NCBI GenBank assembly: GCA_964188305.1
Contig: OZ076888.1
Strand: one strand, 5' to 3'
From: Podarcis bocagei
Taxonomy: Eukaryota
Length of the DNA: 64,000 bases
Made by a program: the position numbers and the translations under genes. The notes beneath the pieces are model-generated. The model made no database searches and was not told where the DNA came from. It worked only from the letters and a program-made list of their open reading frames with translations. Below are positions 1-13,100 of the stretch, piece by piece; positions within the stretch are counted from its first letter, which is position 1; every line of letters starts with the position of its first letter.

Positions 1-1071
1 CTAGAAAATGCGTAGTCGTTCAATTGGAAACTTTAGCACTGTAATTTTATTATTAAAATATTTACTTAAATCTAAAACTGATGAACTTTTTCTTCCAGTG
101 CAAAGATGAGAAAGCTTTCAAGTAGGAAACAGTTACTAAGTTAATAAGGTCATCATAAGAGATCAGTGTCACCTTGGGGAGATAAATGTGATATCATAGC
201 TAAATGTTCATCTCCTCTTTACTCAAATGTGTGGAAAGATAGTCACTTGAGCATTCTTTGTTGCTTCTGCATAATATTTGAAAGGGTATTTGAATTGTAC
301 TGTCAATTGTTTTTAGAGGAACAAACGGTGTTGTCGTCCTCTAAAATTCTTATTAACATCATCACTTTCTTTGGTTCCAAAAGATTAATTCCTTTTCGAT
401 TTCAAATTGACTGATAAAAATATAGAGGGAAGTAGGCAAATAGCCTTTCTGTAAATGCAGAAAAGGTAAGATGATGATAGGAAATAAGTCTACATTCACT
501 ATGTTTGAACTGAAGTTGGAATGAGGAAATTGCTGGAAGAGACTAGAAAAGGTTTGAGGAGAATAGCTACAAGTGTGTGGTGCTGCATCATAAATATGAT
601 TGAAAGTTGATGGTTGGCATAAAGATTAGCATCAAGGAAGCTTTGTATGACTGTAATTTCCACTGAGGAAAATATTTCAGTATTTCATTCTACTGTGATT
701 TTAAATTCAAGACAAGATAGGTTCTCATCTTATTACATATTTCCTTTCCATTTTTTCATTGACTGTGCACTGACTCTCTACATCCTTATTTTCTTGATAT
801 TGATAACTCTCCTTGTCAATGATTTCTTCACCTCAGCTCACCCCAGTATGTGAGAATGAACATCTCTGTTATTTAAATAACTGGGTCATAGAAAAATATC
901 AGAGATTCAAATTGTTACTGAAAGTCATGGGGACTGTTGCTTGGTTTGTTTGTTTTTTTAGTGCTTAGCTTTTTTAGAGACTATTGATTTTGGTGGAACT
1001 AAATTCTGCAAAATTGAGCCCTTAGTACCTCAGCATAATTTACTAGGGTCTTTCTCTTTCTGGATTTACAG

Positions 1072-1143
1072 AGATATGAAAAATGCTGTAATTGGAAACA
1101 ACAAACAAAAAGCCAACTTGATTGTTTTGGGAGCAGTTCCAAG
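1072..1143 (+). CDS. ARMC8: ARMC8 exon ([24 protein letters not shown])
   Basis: tttacag|A GAT ATG ... CCA AG|gtatgt. Confidence 0.95.
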
Positions 1144-4100
1144 GTATGTCCTCTGCTACTCCTTTTCACTGATTCACAGCAGGTCTCAAGTTAAGCTATT
1201 AAGATACTGGGACTTTAATTTGACTGTCTGTCATTGCATTTGTCTTTTCTTCACTGTAGCTGAGATTAGTATGTCCAGTTCCTAGTATAAAACTAATTAT
1301 GCATACACATTTATACTACAGAAGTTGGGTTTTATGGGTGATACCCACATTTCTCAGAAAATAATTTCCCAAACATACTTGATTAGTAAAACCTCTTAAG
1401 ATTCAATGCAACTTGAAACAGCTTTAAGTTTTCTCTGTATCCCACTTACCAAAAATAAGAACTGTATAACAAAACATATAATTTTTGTATTTCTGTAAGA
1501 TGTTTCAGTTTGGGCTGCAAAGTTTAATGCCTTTTTTAGGTCATACCACGTTTTTTTGTAGCCCTGAATAAACATAAGGACTCTGAGACCTGCTGACTGT
1601 TAGTCTTGTATTGCATCCCTTTTGCAGTTTGTTTAGTATTCCTAGCTTCATGTTGCATTTTAAAACAACAAAAAAACAAACAAGAATGGGAACTGGTTGA
1701 TTTCTTCTGGAAAACCCTTTAGTCGTAAAACATCAAAATAGTTGCATTTCAGTCTGTCTACCTGATGCTGATTATCCCCATAATTTTTTGGAACATTGTT
1801 TAGCATTTTTACTGGTTGGTGTCTTTTTCTTCTACAGTGGTACCTCGGGTTAAGTACTTAATTCGTTCCGGAGGTCCGTTCTTAACCCGAAACTGTTCTT
1901 AACCTGAAGCACCACTGTAGCTAATGGGACCTCCTATTGCCGCCGCGCCACCAGAGCATGATTTCTGTTCTTATCCTGAAGCAAAGTTCTTAACCTGAAG
2001 CACTATTTCTGGGTTAGCGGAGTCTGTAACCTGAAGCGTATCTAACCTGAAGTGTATGTAACCCGAGGTACCACTGTATTTTGTGGGTACAGTGGTACCT
2101 CGCAAGACGAATGCCTCGCAAGACGAAAAACGCGCAAGACGAAAGAGTTTTTCGTTTTTTGAGTCGTTCCGCAAGACGAATTTCCCTATGGGCTTGCTTC
2201 GCAAGACAAAACGTCTTGCGTGTTCTTGCGAGTTTGTTTCCTTTTTCTTTAAGCCGCTAATAGCCGCTAAGCCGCTAATAGCCGCTAATAGCCGTGCTTC
2301 GCAAGACGAAAAAACCGCAAGACGAAGAGACTCGCGGAATGGATTAATTTCGTCTTGCGAGGCACCACTGTATTAGATTTTGCTATGTACAGTGGTACCT
2401 CTGGATACGAACGGGATCCCTTCCGGAGCCCCATTCGCATCCTGAAGTGAACGCAATTTGTCACTTCTGCGCATGCGCCTGATGTCATGTCGAGCGCATG
2501 CGCGAGCGGTGAAACCTGGAAGTAACGTGCTCCGTTACTTCCGGGTCACTGCAGAGCGCAACCCAAAAACGCTCAACCCGAAGCTACTTCAACACGAGGT
2601 ATAACTATCCCATAAAAGTGTAAACATCAGTTTCAGTAACTGTCATTTAGAAACATAATCAGCATACCTCAGCTACTTGGTGTAGGCACTTCATGAATCT
2701 CTCTTAAGTTTTATGATAATTAAAAAAATAGATGTTTGAAGACACATTAGCATGTATTTTTAGATATGCAAGTTTAACTGAATTGTGCCTCTTTTCCATG
2801 GAAGAGACACATTTACTAGGCCATCTTTCAGAATTTTGTCAGGTTCTGCTAACACTGCCTTCTCTGAATGAATTAGATGTTATCATTAAAAAAGAAACAT
2901 AGTTTCTGCATAAGGTGGCATGACTTCTGAAATCAACCCATGTTAAAGTTCCTTTAATATCATTCACTTCAAGAAGGTTTGTTTTGTAAATTTACCTTCA
3001 GACAAGAGTTTATTTGGAAATTTTTCAAAACAAACTCTTAAACTAATGTACTGTATCACATGGTGCAGTTTCAATTTACTTATAAAAGAAGAATGCTGCC
3101 ACTTAGGTTCTTGACTTGTGTACAGCATATGGGATGTTGACTTTTGTTGTAATCTTCATGCTTTTCTTTCCTGCTATAGCATCACTGTACAGGAGTGCAA
3201 TTTCCACAGCCACCACAACTTGATTCTTTATGTTGAATTCTTGTAGCCTTACTAAAACAAATGCAGTACCCCACTCATTTATATGTACCTGTTTTGATAA
3301 ATTGGACAGAAGGTACTGATGGCTGTTTATCTGGAAGGAATTTTGTGTGTCTGATAACTTTTATCAGACTGTCAGTGACTATTTCTTATGAATTCTTAGT
3401 CACTGAAAACCAGTTTATAGAAAGGCAGTGTTATTTGGCATAACTCAGCTGTGAATCCATTGGCAAATGTATATTAATGTATAATACCCTCTATTTTTTC
3501 ACTGTTAATGATTTATTGGCTTACCAGAATATAAAAGTAATTAAAGAAACTGTACATCATGAGTCTTCTGGAAAATCTGTTTTGAAAGTGCTCAGTATAA
3601 GTATAGTCCAATATTTCTGGAGCAGTGAATTGGGGCTCCACCGTAACGACAGATGGAAGTAAAGAGGCTGATAGTGCCCATGACCCTGAGTTGTGCTGGT
3701 TTGATCAGTCAGTTTCTTCATAATCACAACTTCTTTCATAACCATTGAGGTTTACTTGGAGCAGACTGGAAGGAGGCTGTTTTTGGAAATCATGGCATCT
3801 GTTTGATCAGATTTTACTTAAGCTTTTTGACAAATTAATGATGTCTCTAAATATTTGGTAGGCTATGACTTGAATTTTCAGTGATTGACAGGTGTGTTTT
3901 TCCCTCTTGGATTGGTGCATTCCTTATCCTGCCCACTCATTGCTAGCTATGATTAACATTGCATCTGTATATTGCCAAATATTAACCATATCTACTTCTA
4001 ATATTGGTATCAAACTATGTTTAATATTGCACGGTGCAGATTTAGCGCTAAGAAGGCAAAAGAATCATGCAATGCTGAGGAAGGGTAGTACGTGAGCCTC

Positions 4101-7100
4101 AGGTATGCATCCTGTCTCTTACCCATAATTAAGAGATCTGGAAGTCTTAGTCTACAGTGAGCTATATTGAAATGTAGTTTTAATGCCACTCTAGAACTTC
4201 TAGAGATTCTTCTGTCGCTGTTGAACCAGGCATAGCTAGAATCAGGCACTCCTAGCCACTGAGGTCAGCCTCAAGGGACAGTATTGGATCCAGGAGTACC
4301 CCTAAGCTATGATTATGTTGCTTCCAGGGGCATACAACTGCATCCAGAACAGGCCGTCTTTCCACCTAGTTTCAGTTTGTTGGGCCATTTCTCACCTATC
4401 ACTGCCTGCAAACACCTGTCTGGCACCTCAGTGCCTCTTCTGATTCAGATAGAACAATGAGAGCAAGAGTTGGGTGTCGTCTGCATATTGGTAACACTTC
4501 CCTTCAAAACCCTTGATGACAGGCCACAGTGGCTACATGTAGATGTTAAATAGCATGTTCTATTAACCAGGAGTGCCTGGCGTGCTCTGGCCCATGGGGT
4601 CACGAAGAGTCGGACACGACTAAACGACTAAACAACAACAACATTAACCAGAAAGGAAATATGGTTATGGTGGTAATATTCATGAGGCCTATGCAGCAAC
4701 CTTTTAAGAACATCTCATGATCTCCTGAAGTGTGTCTGCTTTTCTGTGAAGAATACACACAGAATGCACTTTTGTGTATTTTGCAGGGAGTTGGACTAGA
4801 TGACCCATGGGATCCTGTCCAACTCTACAGTTCTATGAAACACCTGAGACGCAGTTATCCCTTGTAATACCATAGGATTGCATCTAGAAGCCATGCTGGA
4901 ACAGGCAAATGTTCAAAGTTCATTACTAGCAGAAAAATTCATGCAAAAATAAATTATGTAGGTGTGTTAATTTGTGTCCTGTAATTTGTAAGCACAAATG
5001 ACACTTGTCAGCAGAAATGGAAACAAATGATAGAAGATGATCATCCATGCTTGGTTAAAAAGCCTGGCCTAATTGTAGTATAGTAATGTAGGAGAAAGAG
5101 GAATGGTATGTAAGGGAACAGGATTCATAAGCAAATGGTGCTTGCATCTGTGTACATTTACACACTGGCTTACAATACATGTAGTTAACCCTCATTTTAA
5201 AGAGAGGTTAAAAATATAGGGCTTTACCCCCATCTTTCCCACCACTTCTGACATGAACCCTAAGAAAACGGGGCTTATCCCCTCCCTAAAAAAAGCTCGG
5301 CAACTTTGACCCGAACCCCTAAAAAACAGGGGCAGATCACTGCCAGTTTTTAATTCTGTGAGTAGATCTCAGTCTCTTGGAAGTTGGCCACCCCTGCTCT
5401 AGGGCAATTTGTCAGTATTTGTCATGTATGATTGCCTAATACTTCAAATTGATTAGCAGCTGAATGGATTCCTGCAGTGCATATGTAACATTGGACTTCT
5501 GTCTTCAAATACTCTTTATTTTTTAACTTTATTACATTTATATCCCACTTTTATTCCATTGTGAAACCCAAATGGTGTGCATGAGATTCCCAGGTGATCT
5601 TGGTGCTGACCAGACCAGACCAGCTTAGCTTCAAGCAGATGATTCTATTTTAAGTGACACACTCTTAGTGAAAATGTTCTGAGGATCAGAGTGCCTTTAG
5701 ATTCCTCACAAAGAAAATAATCTTATGGGAGATACCTAAAAATGATAATACTATTGATTCTAATGACTTCAAAGTAGTTGATTATGATGACCAAAGCCTA
5801 TAATGCTCTTATGTAGTTTGTGCAAGACTCTACTTGATATGCTAGGTGTGAGAAACTGATCATAGTGATAAACAGAGTGACTTCTTCCATTAAGCGTATC
5901 CTGTTAGGCTTGTTCATTCTCAGTGTTTGGACCTGCTGCAGATACTAAAGTTTACTTAAAAAAAAAAAAAAGATAATCACAGGCAACCTTTTCAACTCTT
6001 GTTTCTGGAATAAGCATTGAGATTGACTACCTGCAGAAGTGATGGCTTGGAATTGCTGTAATATTGAATTTTCTTCCCTTTACCACCTAGGACAGTCTTC
6101 TTTTCAACTACTGTTCCTTACTCTTGGGGTGCAGGGTGGGTTTTGGGGAAAGGCTATGCAGTTATACCTATCTGAGCCAAAGAATTAAAATGCTGCCGCA
6201 CATGTTCATGTACCCAGAGCATATGAGTTAGCACAGACCTGCTGCATTTGTGTCCAATCTTTTATGCCATAGGAGTTTTTAACAAGTTCAGCATAATAGC
6301 TGGATGGGTTTACTTGTGGACTACTACTAATAATACTGGCACTGTTTGCCATCATGGTAAGTTATAGTGTGAAACAAACTGTGGTTTAGCTATGGTCAAA
6401 TCCCACTTACCTCACTCCTTCCTTTACCCAAGCCAGAAGGGAACAGACCAAAATACTGACTTGTCTCTACATGTGATCTAGCTTTTTTGAGCTGTAGTAG
6501 TGACATCTGAGTAATTGCATTTTCTGTGCATATTTTCAATGTTTTAGGTTTACACTTAAAGTGTAGTGTAGTGAATGTGACAAACACATCCATTATACAA
6601 GTTCACTCACCTGAAAGTGTGATTCACTGTGAAGTGCATTGAGTATACACTTTGGGGTATGTGTGATATTAAAATTTTAGTACTGAAGTATGAATAACGT
6701 CAAGTATAGTAAGTGTGACTTTTTCTACTTGACATCTTTTCATTTTTTAATATAAAAATGTCATTAAGAGTACAGTCATACGTCGGGTTCCAGCCGCTTC
6801 AGGTTGCGTTTTTTTGAGTTATGCACCTGCCGAAACCCAGAAGTACCGGAATGGGTTACTTCTGGGTTTCGGCGGCCGTGCATGCGCAGAAGTGCCGAAT
6901 TGCAACCCGTGCGTGCACAGACGCACCGCTGCGGGTTGTGAACGTGCATCCCACACGGATCACGGTCGCAACCCGAGTATCCACTGTACATAATTATCTT
7001 CAGTTGTTTCAGTAAGAGATCCAGTTAATCACTTTTCCATATTGCTTGGAAGAGTTAAAATGTGTGTGTTTGCAAAGGGGAGGGATACCTTTTTTACATA

Positions 7101-10100
7101 CCTTTTGTGTGCAGTCTTAAGCAAATGTGTGGAATGTGCTGCTGAGATTCTTTCTGAAGAGGATTAATTAACAGAATCTCATGATCCTATTAAGGAAAGT
7201 TCTTTTCTGTAGTCTCTGCATGGGATGTAAAGTAAGAGGTTGGTTTGTATAATTAACGTAAATACGAAGTGGTTAAGTACTTGCAGTAATTAGTATAGGA
7301 CGAGGAAGTTGAGGAAGAATGTCTGAATACATATAAGGTTGAGGCTGCCAGTCAGTTGACTGGTCCAAATTAGGTCAGTTGACTACTATCAAAAATAACA
7401 TATCAAGGCTGCTTCTACTAGCCACTTTGTAGAACCATAGGTATTTCTGAACAGGATCACAAGCAGTCATTGGGGCCATAGGTCTCTCTCTTTGATTCCC
7501 TCTTACTTATTGCAGCATCCTGAGAATCTGCTGTGGCTATCTGTTCTGTAAAGGTCAAGTAGCGGATTGGACTTGAGTCTAGAAACATATACATTTGTTG
7601 TTTGAAAATATTTTGTGTAAAAAATGCAAGTATCAGACTTAAGTATCTTTTGTTAATATTTTTAAAAATAAAACAACAAAAAACCTTTTCTATTATTTGA
7701 CAAGTCTGTTGACCAAATCTCTTTTTACTGGTCAAATGCTTGAATAGTTAATATTTCTGTGGATATGAGTGCAAGAGTATGGTATAGCAAACATAGGTTA
7801 AACCATCCATAGGATCAAATATTAATATGTCTTGGAAATAATGTTTTAACCATTTAGAAGGATAAAATCATGGGGCAGTTCTCCCTAAGACAGTGGTTGG
7901 AACAAAAATTTGTAGAACTACTGATAGCTGGAATTATATACTTCATCATACTTGTTTTATTTGTGTTGTGCTTTCTTGACTGTTACCTGTGTGGTTTATT
8001 TTTTTATTGAATAAAAGACCCTGACAAAGCAAAAAGCCTAAATAATTACTCTCTTTTAAAAATCTTCTTGGGAAATGGCAAATTCAGATTGTTGGAAAAA
8101 AATGATTTTAGAAACTTTGGGTCAAGGAAATATTCCTCTGATATCTTGAGTTAAACCAGGGTTCTTCAAACTCGGCCCTCCAGCTGTTTTTTAAGACTAC
8201 AGTTCCCATCATCCCTGACCACTGGTCCTGCTAGCTAGGGATCATGGGAGTTGTAGGCCAAAAACATCTGGAGGGCCGAGTTTGTAGTGGCATTCTACCA
8301 GCAACAGCTTTTGCTTTTCACCTTCCATCCCTAATCTTTTCTTTTAGTCTGAAGTGGCAGGATACTGACAGCCAAACTACACATTTAGACAAGCAAACCT
8401 AAGCCAGCCACTTTGACAGTGATACTTTGAGTTCTTGTGAGTTAAAAATGGCATGAATATTAATTCAGTGTTTCATATTTTTATGTTAATTTCGTTGATT
8501 TAATCAGTTTGGCTGTATACAAGGATTGTGCACATGGCACTATAGCTACTGAATTAGGCACCTCAGGCAGCATTCAGAGCTGTTTCTGGAAGAGGGTATT
8601 CTGGTGAACTTGTGTGATCTTCTGAAATGGGATACTTCCCTAATAAGTAAGGTAAAGGGACCCTGACCATTAGGTCCAGTCGTGACTGACTCTGGGGTTG
8701 CGGCGCTCATCTCGCTTTATTGGCCGAGGGAGCCGGCGTACAGCTTCTGGGTCATGTGGCCTAGCCCCACTTACCACGGGGTCATACCCATTAAATTCAG
8801 TAGGATTTGCGAGTAAACATGGATAAGATTGCATTGCAAAACTCTGAAATACATCTCAGAAAGATGAGGGATGCAAAACTGATCCTTATTCATGGTGACT
8901 GATAAAGTAGTCATCTGAAAATACATTTAGATTTAAAAGTCCTTAGTTGAAAGAACATTTTATGAAATAACTGCACCATCTTCCCAAATAAAGACAGAAT
9001 TCATATGATACAATGAAATAAAGCAGTAGGATCAATTGCTTACAGTTAAAGTGAATTCCAGCTGTAGTGAACAGATCATTTGTATCAGTGTAAGTCTTAA
9101 TGGAATTTGATGTCTAGAATAAAGGAGTACTTTCTGTATGTCTATGAAAGAATCTCATAGATCAGGGTGTGGAGCTTTTCTGGCTCCAAAGGCCAGATCA
9201 GTATCAGGCCAGTGGTATGGCCCAATTTAAATGTCATCTGATCCCCTGATTGGCAGGTGGGCATGGCCAATTTCGAGGGTACGTAGGGAGCTTTAGGGGA
9301 GAGGAGGGGGAAGTTCTGTTCCATGAGTGAAAGTCTGCTTTGTGAGCAGAACAGCAGCATCAACTGTAACTCTAGGTCAGGGGTTAGCAACCTTTTTCAG
9401 CCGTGGCCCGGTCCACCGTCCCTCAGACCATGTGGTGGGCCGGACTGTATTGGGGGGGGGGGAAATGAACGAATTCCTATGCCCCACAAATAACCCAGAG
9501 ATGCATTTTAAATAAAAGCACACATTCTACTCATGTAAAAACACCAGACAGGTCCCACAAATAACCCAGAGATGCATTTTAAATAAAAGGACACAGTCTA
9601 CTCATGTAAAAACACGCTGATTCCCGGACCGTCCGCAGGCCGGATTGAAAGGCAATTGGGCCGCATCTGGCCCACGGGCCTTAGGTTGCCTACCCCTGCT
9701 CCAGGTTATGTGACAGCTCCACCAGCGTTACATGTTGTCATATTGGGCAGGGCTAAGATTTGTTGTTGTCTAACAAGTTGCATATGCCTCAGCAGAAGTG
9801 GGAGGGGAAAAAAATATTCCAACTCTTTCTTTAGGGTTGTGTTACAGCATATCCCTTTTTATAAATGGGCATCTGGAGGTCCTGTTTAGTTGTGATAGCA
9901 GGGAGGAGGCTAGGAAGGTAAAAGGTTCCCAATACTAGATTTTGTTTTTGGGCAATGTGCTCTAGATTTGTTCTAAGGTTTCAAACTTATTTTGCTTAAT
10001 GCTTTCTTATAAAACAATATAATTACAAATGAGAGCTACTCTGATTCCTTAGATGTTACCCTGCTTTTACCAGTCTTCCATTTTCTTTTGGTTCTTACAC

Positions 10101-13100
10101 ACCTATTCCTTAGTGTCCGTATCTGATATTGTCTCCTTATCCCCATTAGTCCATCTTATGTAGACTGGACAGACTCCAGCGTAGGATTGTGTCCTTTCTG
10201 TGTATAACACTTAACTCACGACTTGGGCTAGCACAGAGTAGAGCAGTGTTTCCCCTTTCCATAGTACCGGCTTACTTTCAACATAAAATAGTTATTTGTT
10301 TGAATTATGCTTTGCTAAGTCAAACTTTTCTTTTGTGTTTCCGTGTATAGGTTGCTATACTTGCTTCAGCAAGAAACCTCCAGCACTGAGCTGAAAACTG
10401 AATGTGCAGTGGTGCTAGGAAGCCTTGCAATGGGTACAGAAAACAATGTTAAATCTCTTCTGGACTGCCATATCATACCAGCCTTACTACAAGGTACCTT
10501 CATTTTCATTATTGTTATCCTCTTGTTTGCACAGCATTTGAGAACTGGATAAAGTTTCTCAACTTGTATTCACAGGGTTACTGTCGCCAGATCTTAAATT
10601 TATTGAAGCTTGCCTCAGATGTCTTCGCACCATTTTTACCAGCCCTGTAACTCCTGAAGAACTATTGTACACGGTAAGTTATATGCAACAGGTATGTTTT
10701 CTGCAATAGCTGGTCACACATTGTAGCTCATTTAGAACACTCTTGTGTATGAGAGTGTGTGTTGCTGAAAGAATTTTGAACAATGGTGATTGTGAAAGGA
10801 TTCCACACGATGGCATATGTGTGTTGGAGAACTGGCTTCATGGGAACTGGAAGCTAGAAAAGAATTTCTAAAGTTCTGCTGCTCTGTGGAATAGGAGTGC
10901 CTGGCGTGCTCTGGTCCATGGGGTCATGAAGAGTCGGACACGACTAAACGACTAAACAACAACAACCCTTAAGGACCTATATCTTCCATCCTAATATATA
11001 AGGCAATTCAAAAAGTGAACTGCATTGCAGTAAGTGCCTGTCACCATAGCCATCTGTTGCAGCAGAAATTTGTGAGACCTTCTCTTATTCGTCCATATGA
11101 GAGGTTTGTGAAAACTATAGTATAAACACCAAGAATAAAAGCAAACAAACGTTTCACTTCAATGTTATCTGTGTTGTAAAATGAGTTTGAATGATTTTAA
11201 CTCAAACTGTTGGCAATTTTATTCAATGTTAAGTTTTGGGAGATATTTGGGAGATAATAGATTATTATTCACAAATTATTTCTTTATGTGAACTAGTAAG
11301 AAACCTGTTTCAATTGCAGTGGGAAAATTGGTTAACATTAACCCAGTATAATCATGATATCTGAGAAAATAAACTCTGATTTATAGGATTAAAGGTTCCT
11401 ATGTTCATTTTCAAAAGAAAACTACTAAACAGGGGACAACGTGCAGCTTGTAGAGTCTTATTAGAAATCTGAGAAACTCCATTTCTGAAAGGAAGAGCTA
11501 GGTTGCCCCAGATCACTTTTCCCTGGAGCCTCCTGTGTGTCTGCTTTTTCTGAGTTGCTACTGTTAGCAGATCTCCTCCTTGTTATGGTGCTAAGTGAGC
11601 AGCCAGAAGTGAATAAATATTCATTATTCTAAGATCTGGGCCTGTTTCTGGGATTGGATGCTGGAGAACTTTCTAGCCAGAGGTATGTGATGGAGGAGCA
11701 GAGCATTTCTCTGGGGAATCCTCTGGAGGAGATTTGGAAGGGGCATGGAGGGCTGCAGAGATGAAGAGAGCAAGGGAAATCCTTTTGTGTTAGTAGAAGC
11801 CTGCTCATGCGATATTGGGTATCTCCCATTGATTTTACTTTTATACAAATTTAGGTGGGAGTTGCTCACTGGGGCAAGACAATATCAGCATATAACACTG
11901 ATCCTGACGCGTCTGCACTAGCTGCCAATTAATTTCCAGGCCCAAACTAAAGTGCTGGAATCCTTAACGGCTCAGGACTACAATACCTCAAGGACCATCT
12001 CTCCTCCATATGAACCAGCTCAGGCCGCTCTGCCTCCTCCATGAGAGATCTGGAGAGTGGCAACTTGAGAATAGGCCTTTTCTGCAGTGGCTTCCCATTT
12101 GCAACATGCTCTCCCCAGGGAGGCTCACCTAGCACCTTCATTACTTATCTTTAGGTGCCAGGCAAAAATGTTTCTTTTTAACCAGACCTTTGACTGATTA
12201 ACATTCTATGTCATTTAAAATATGTTTAAAATACATTTGAGGGAGGGGGCTTATTGGTTTGTTTTGTTGTGTATTTTGTGTTCTTGTATTGTATTTTTAT
12301 GCAATCTTTTGATGAAGGGCAGTATACAAACTTAATAAATAAAATAAATAAACTCCAACTTAACTCAAATTTCTTTAGCAGGGAGATAGTCCTCCTGATA
12401 AATATTTAAGATGGTATTATGGATTCACATGATTTTTGCAGAGGATTCCCTAAAAACTAGCAATGAAGCATAGGTCACCTCAGTGTCCGCAGATGTTTTC
12501 TTTTATAAGTTGGTGGTTTCATTATATATTCATTTGTAAAACTAAATCTGGATCAGTGTTGTGATGCTAGCAAGCACTGGATCAGTGAATTTCATTGTAA
12601 GCTTTAATTTTGTGGTGTTTTGGGAGGGACCCCGTGTAAAATCACGCAAATTCAAAACAATCTGTTTTAATTCTACTGAATGAGATTTCGGGGAAAGCGT
12701 TGTGTGTGCTTCCTTTTTCTGTTGGTCTGAGGAGGGAAAGTGACTGGGAGAGAGAAGGAACCAGAGCTGGTGGTGCCAATGGGCCCAAAATGTTGGCGGG
12801 CACCCTACCTTCACAGATTCTGTTTCCAGATTCTGTTTCCAGACATTTTTTTGCCATGCTGAAGGCTATAAGTCTGTTACAAGCAGAGCTGAAATGTCAG
12901 TATTCTGAGACTGTTACTGTATTCTCTGCTATCGCTAGATTTCTTCTGAACAATGTCACAGCTGTATAGAGTTCAAAAATCACTGGTTAGAGATGGTCAG
13001 TTATGAATATATTAAAAATCCCATTATAAGGCTCCAAGCTGTTCGTTTCCTTGTGAATCTCAATAGAAAAAGGGAATAACCCAGTGCATGTAGTGTATAC

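Noticed and set aside
2100-2330. Regularly recurring GCAAGACGAA repeats resembling a CRISPR-like array
   Set aside because: Internal repeats of a eukaryotic MITE bounded by TIRs and TA TSDs; irregular spacing, no cas genes.
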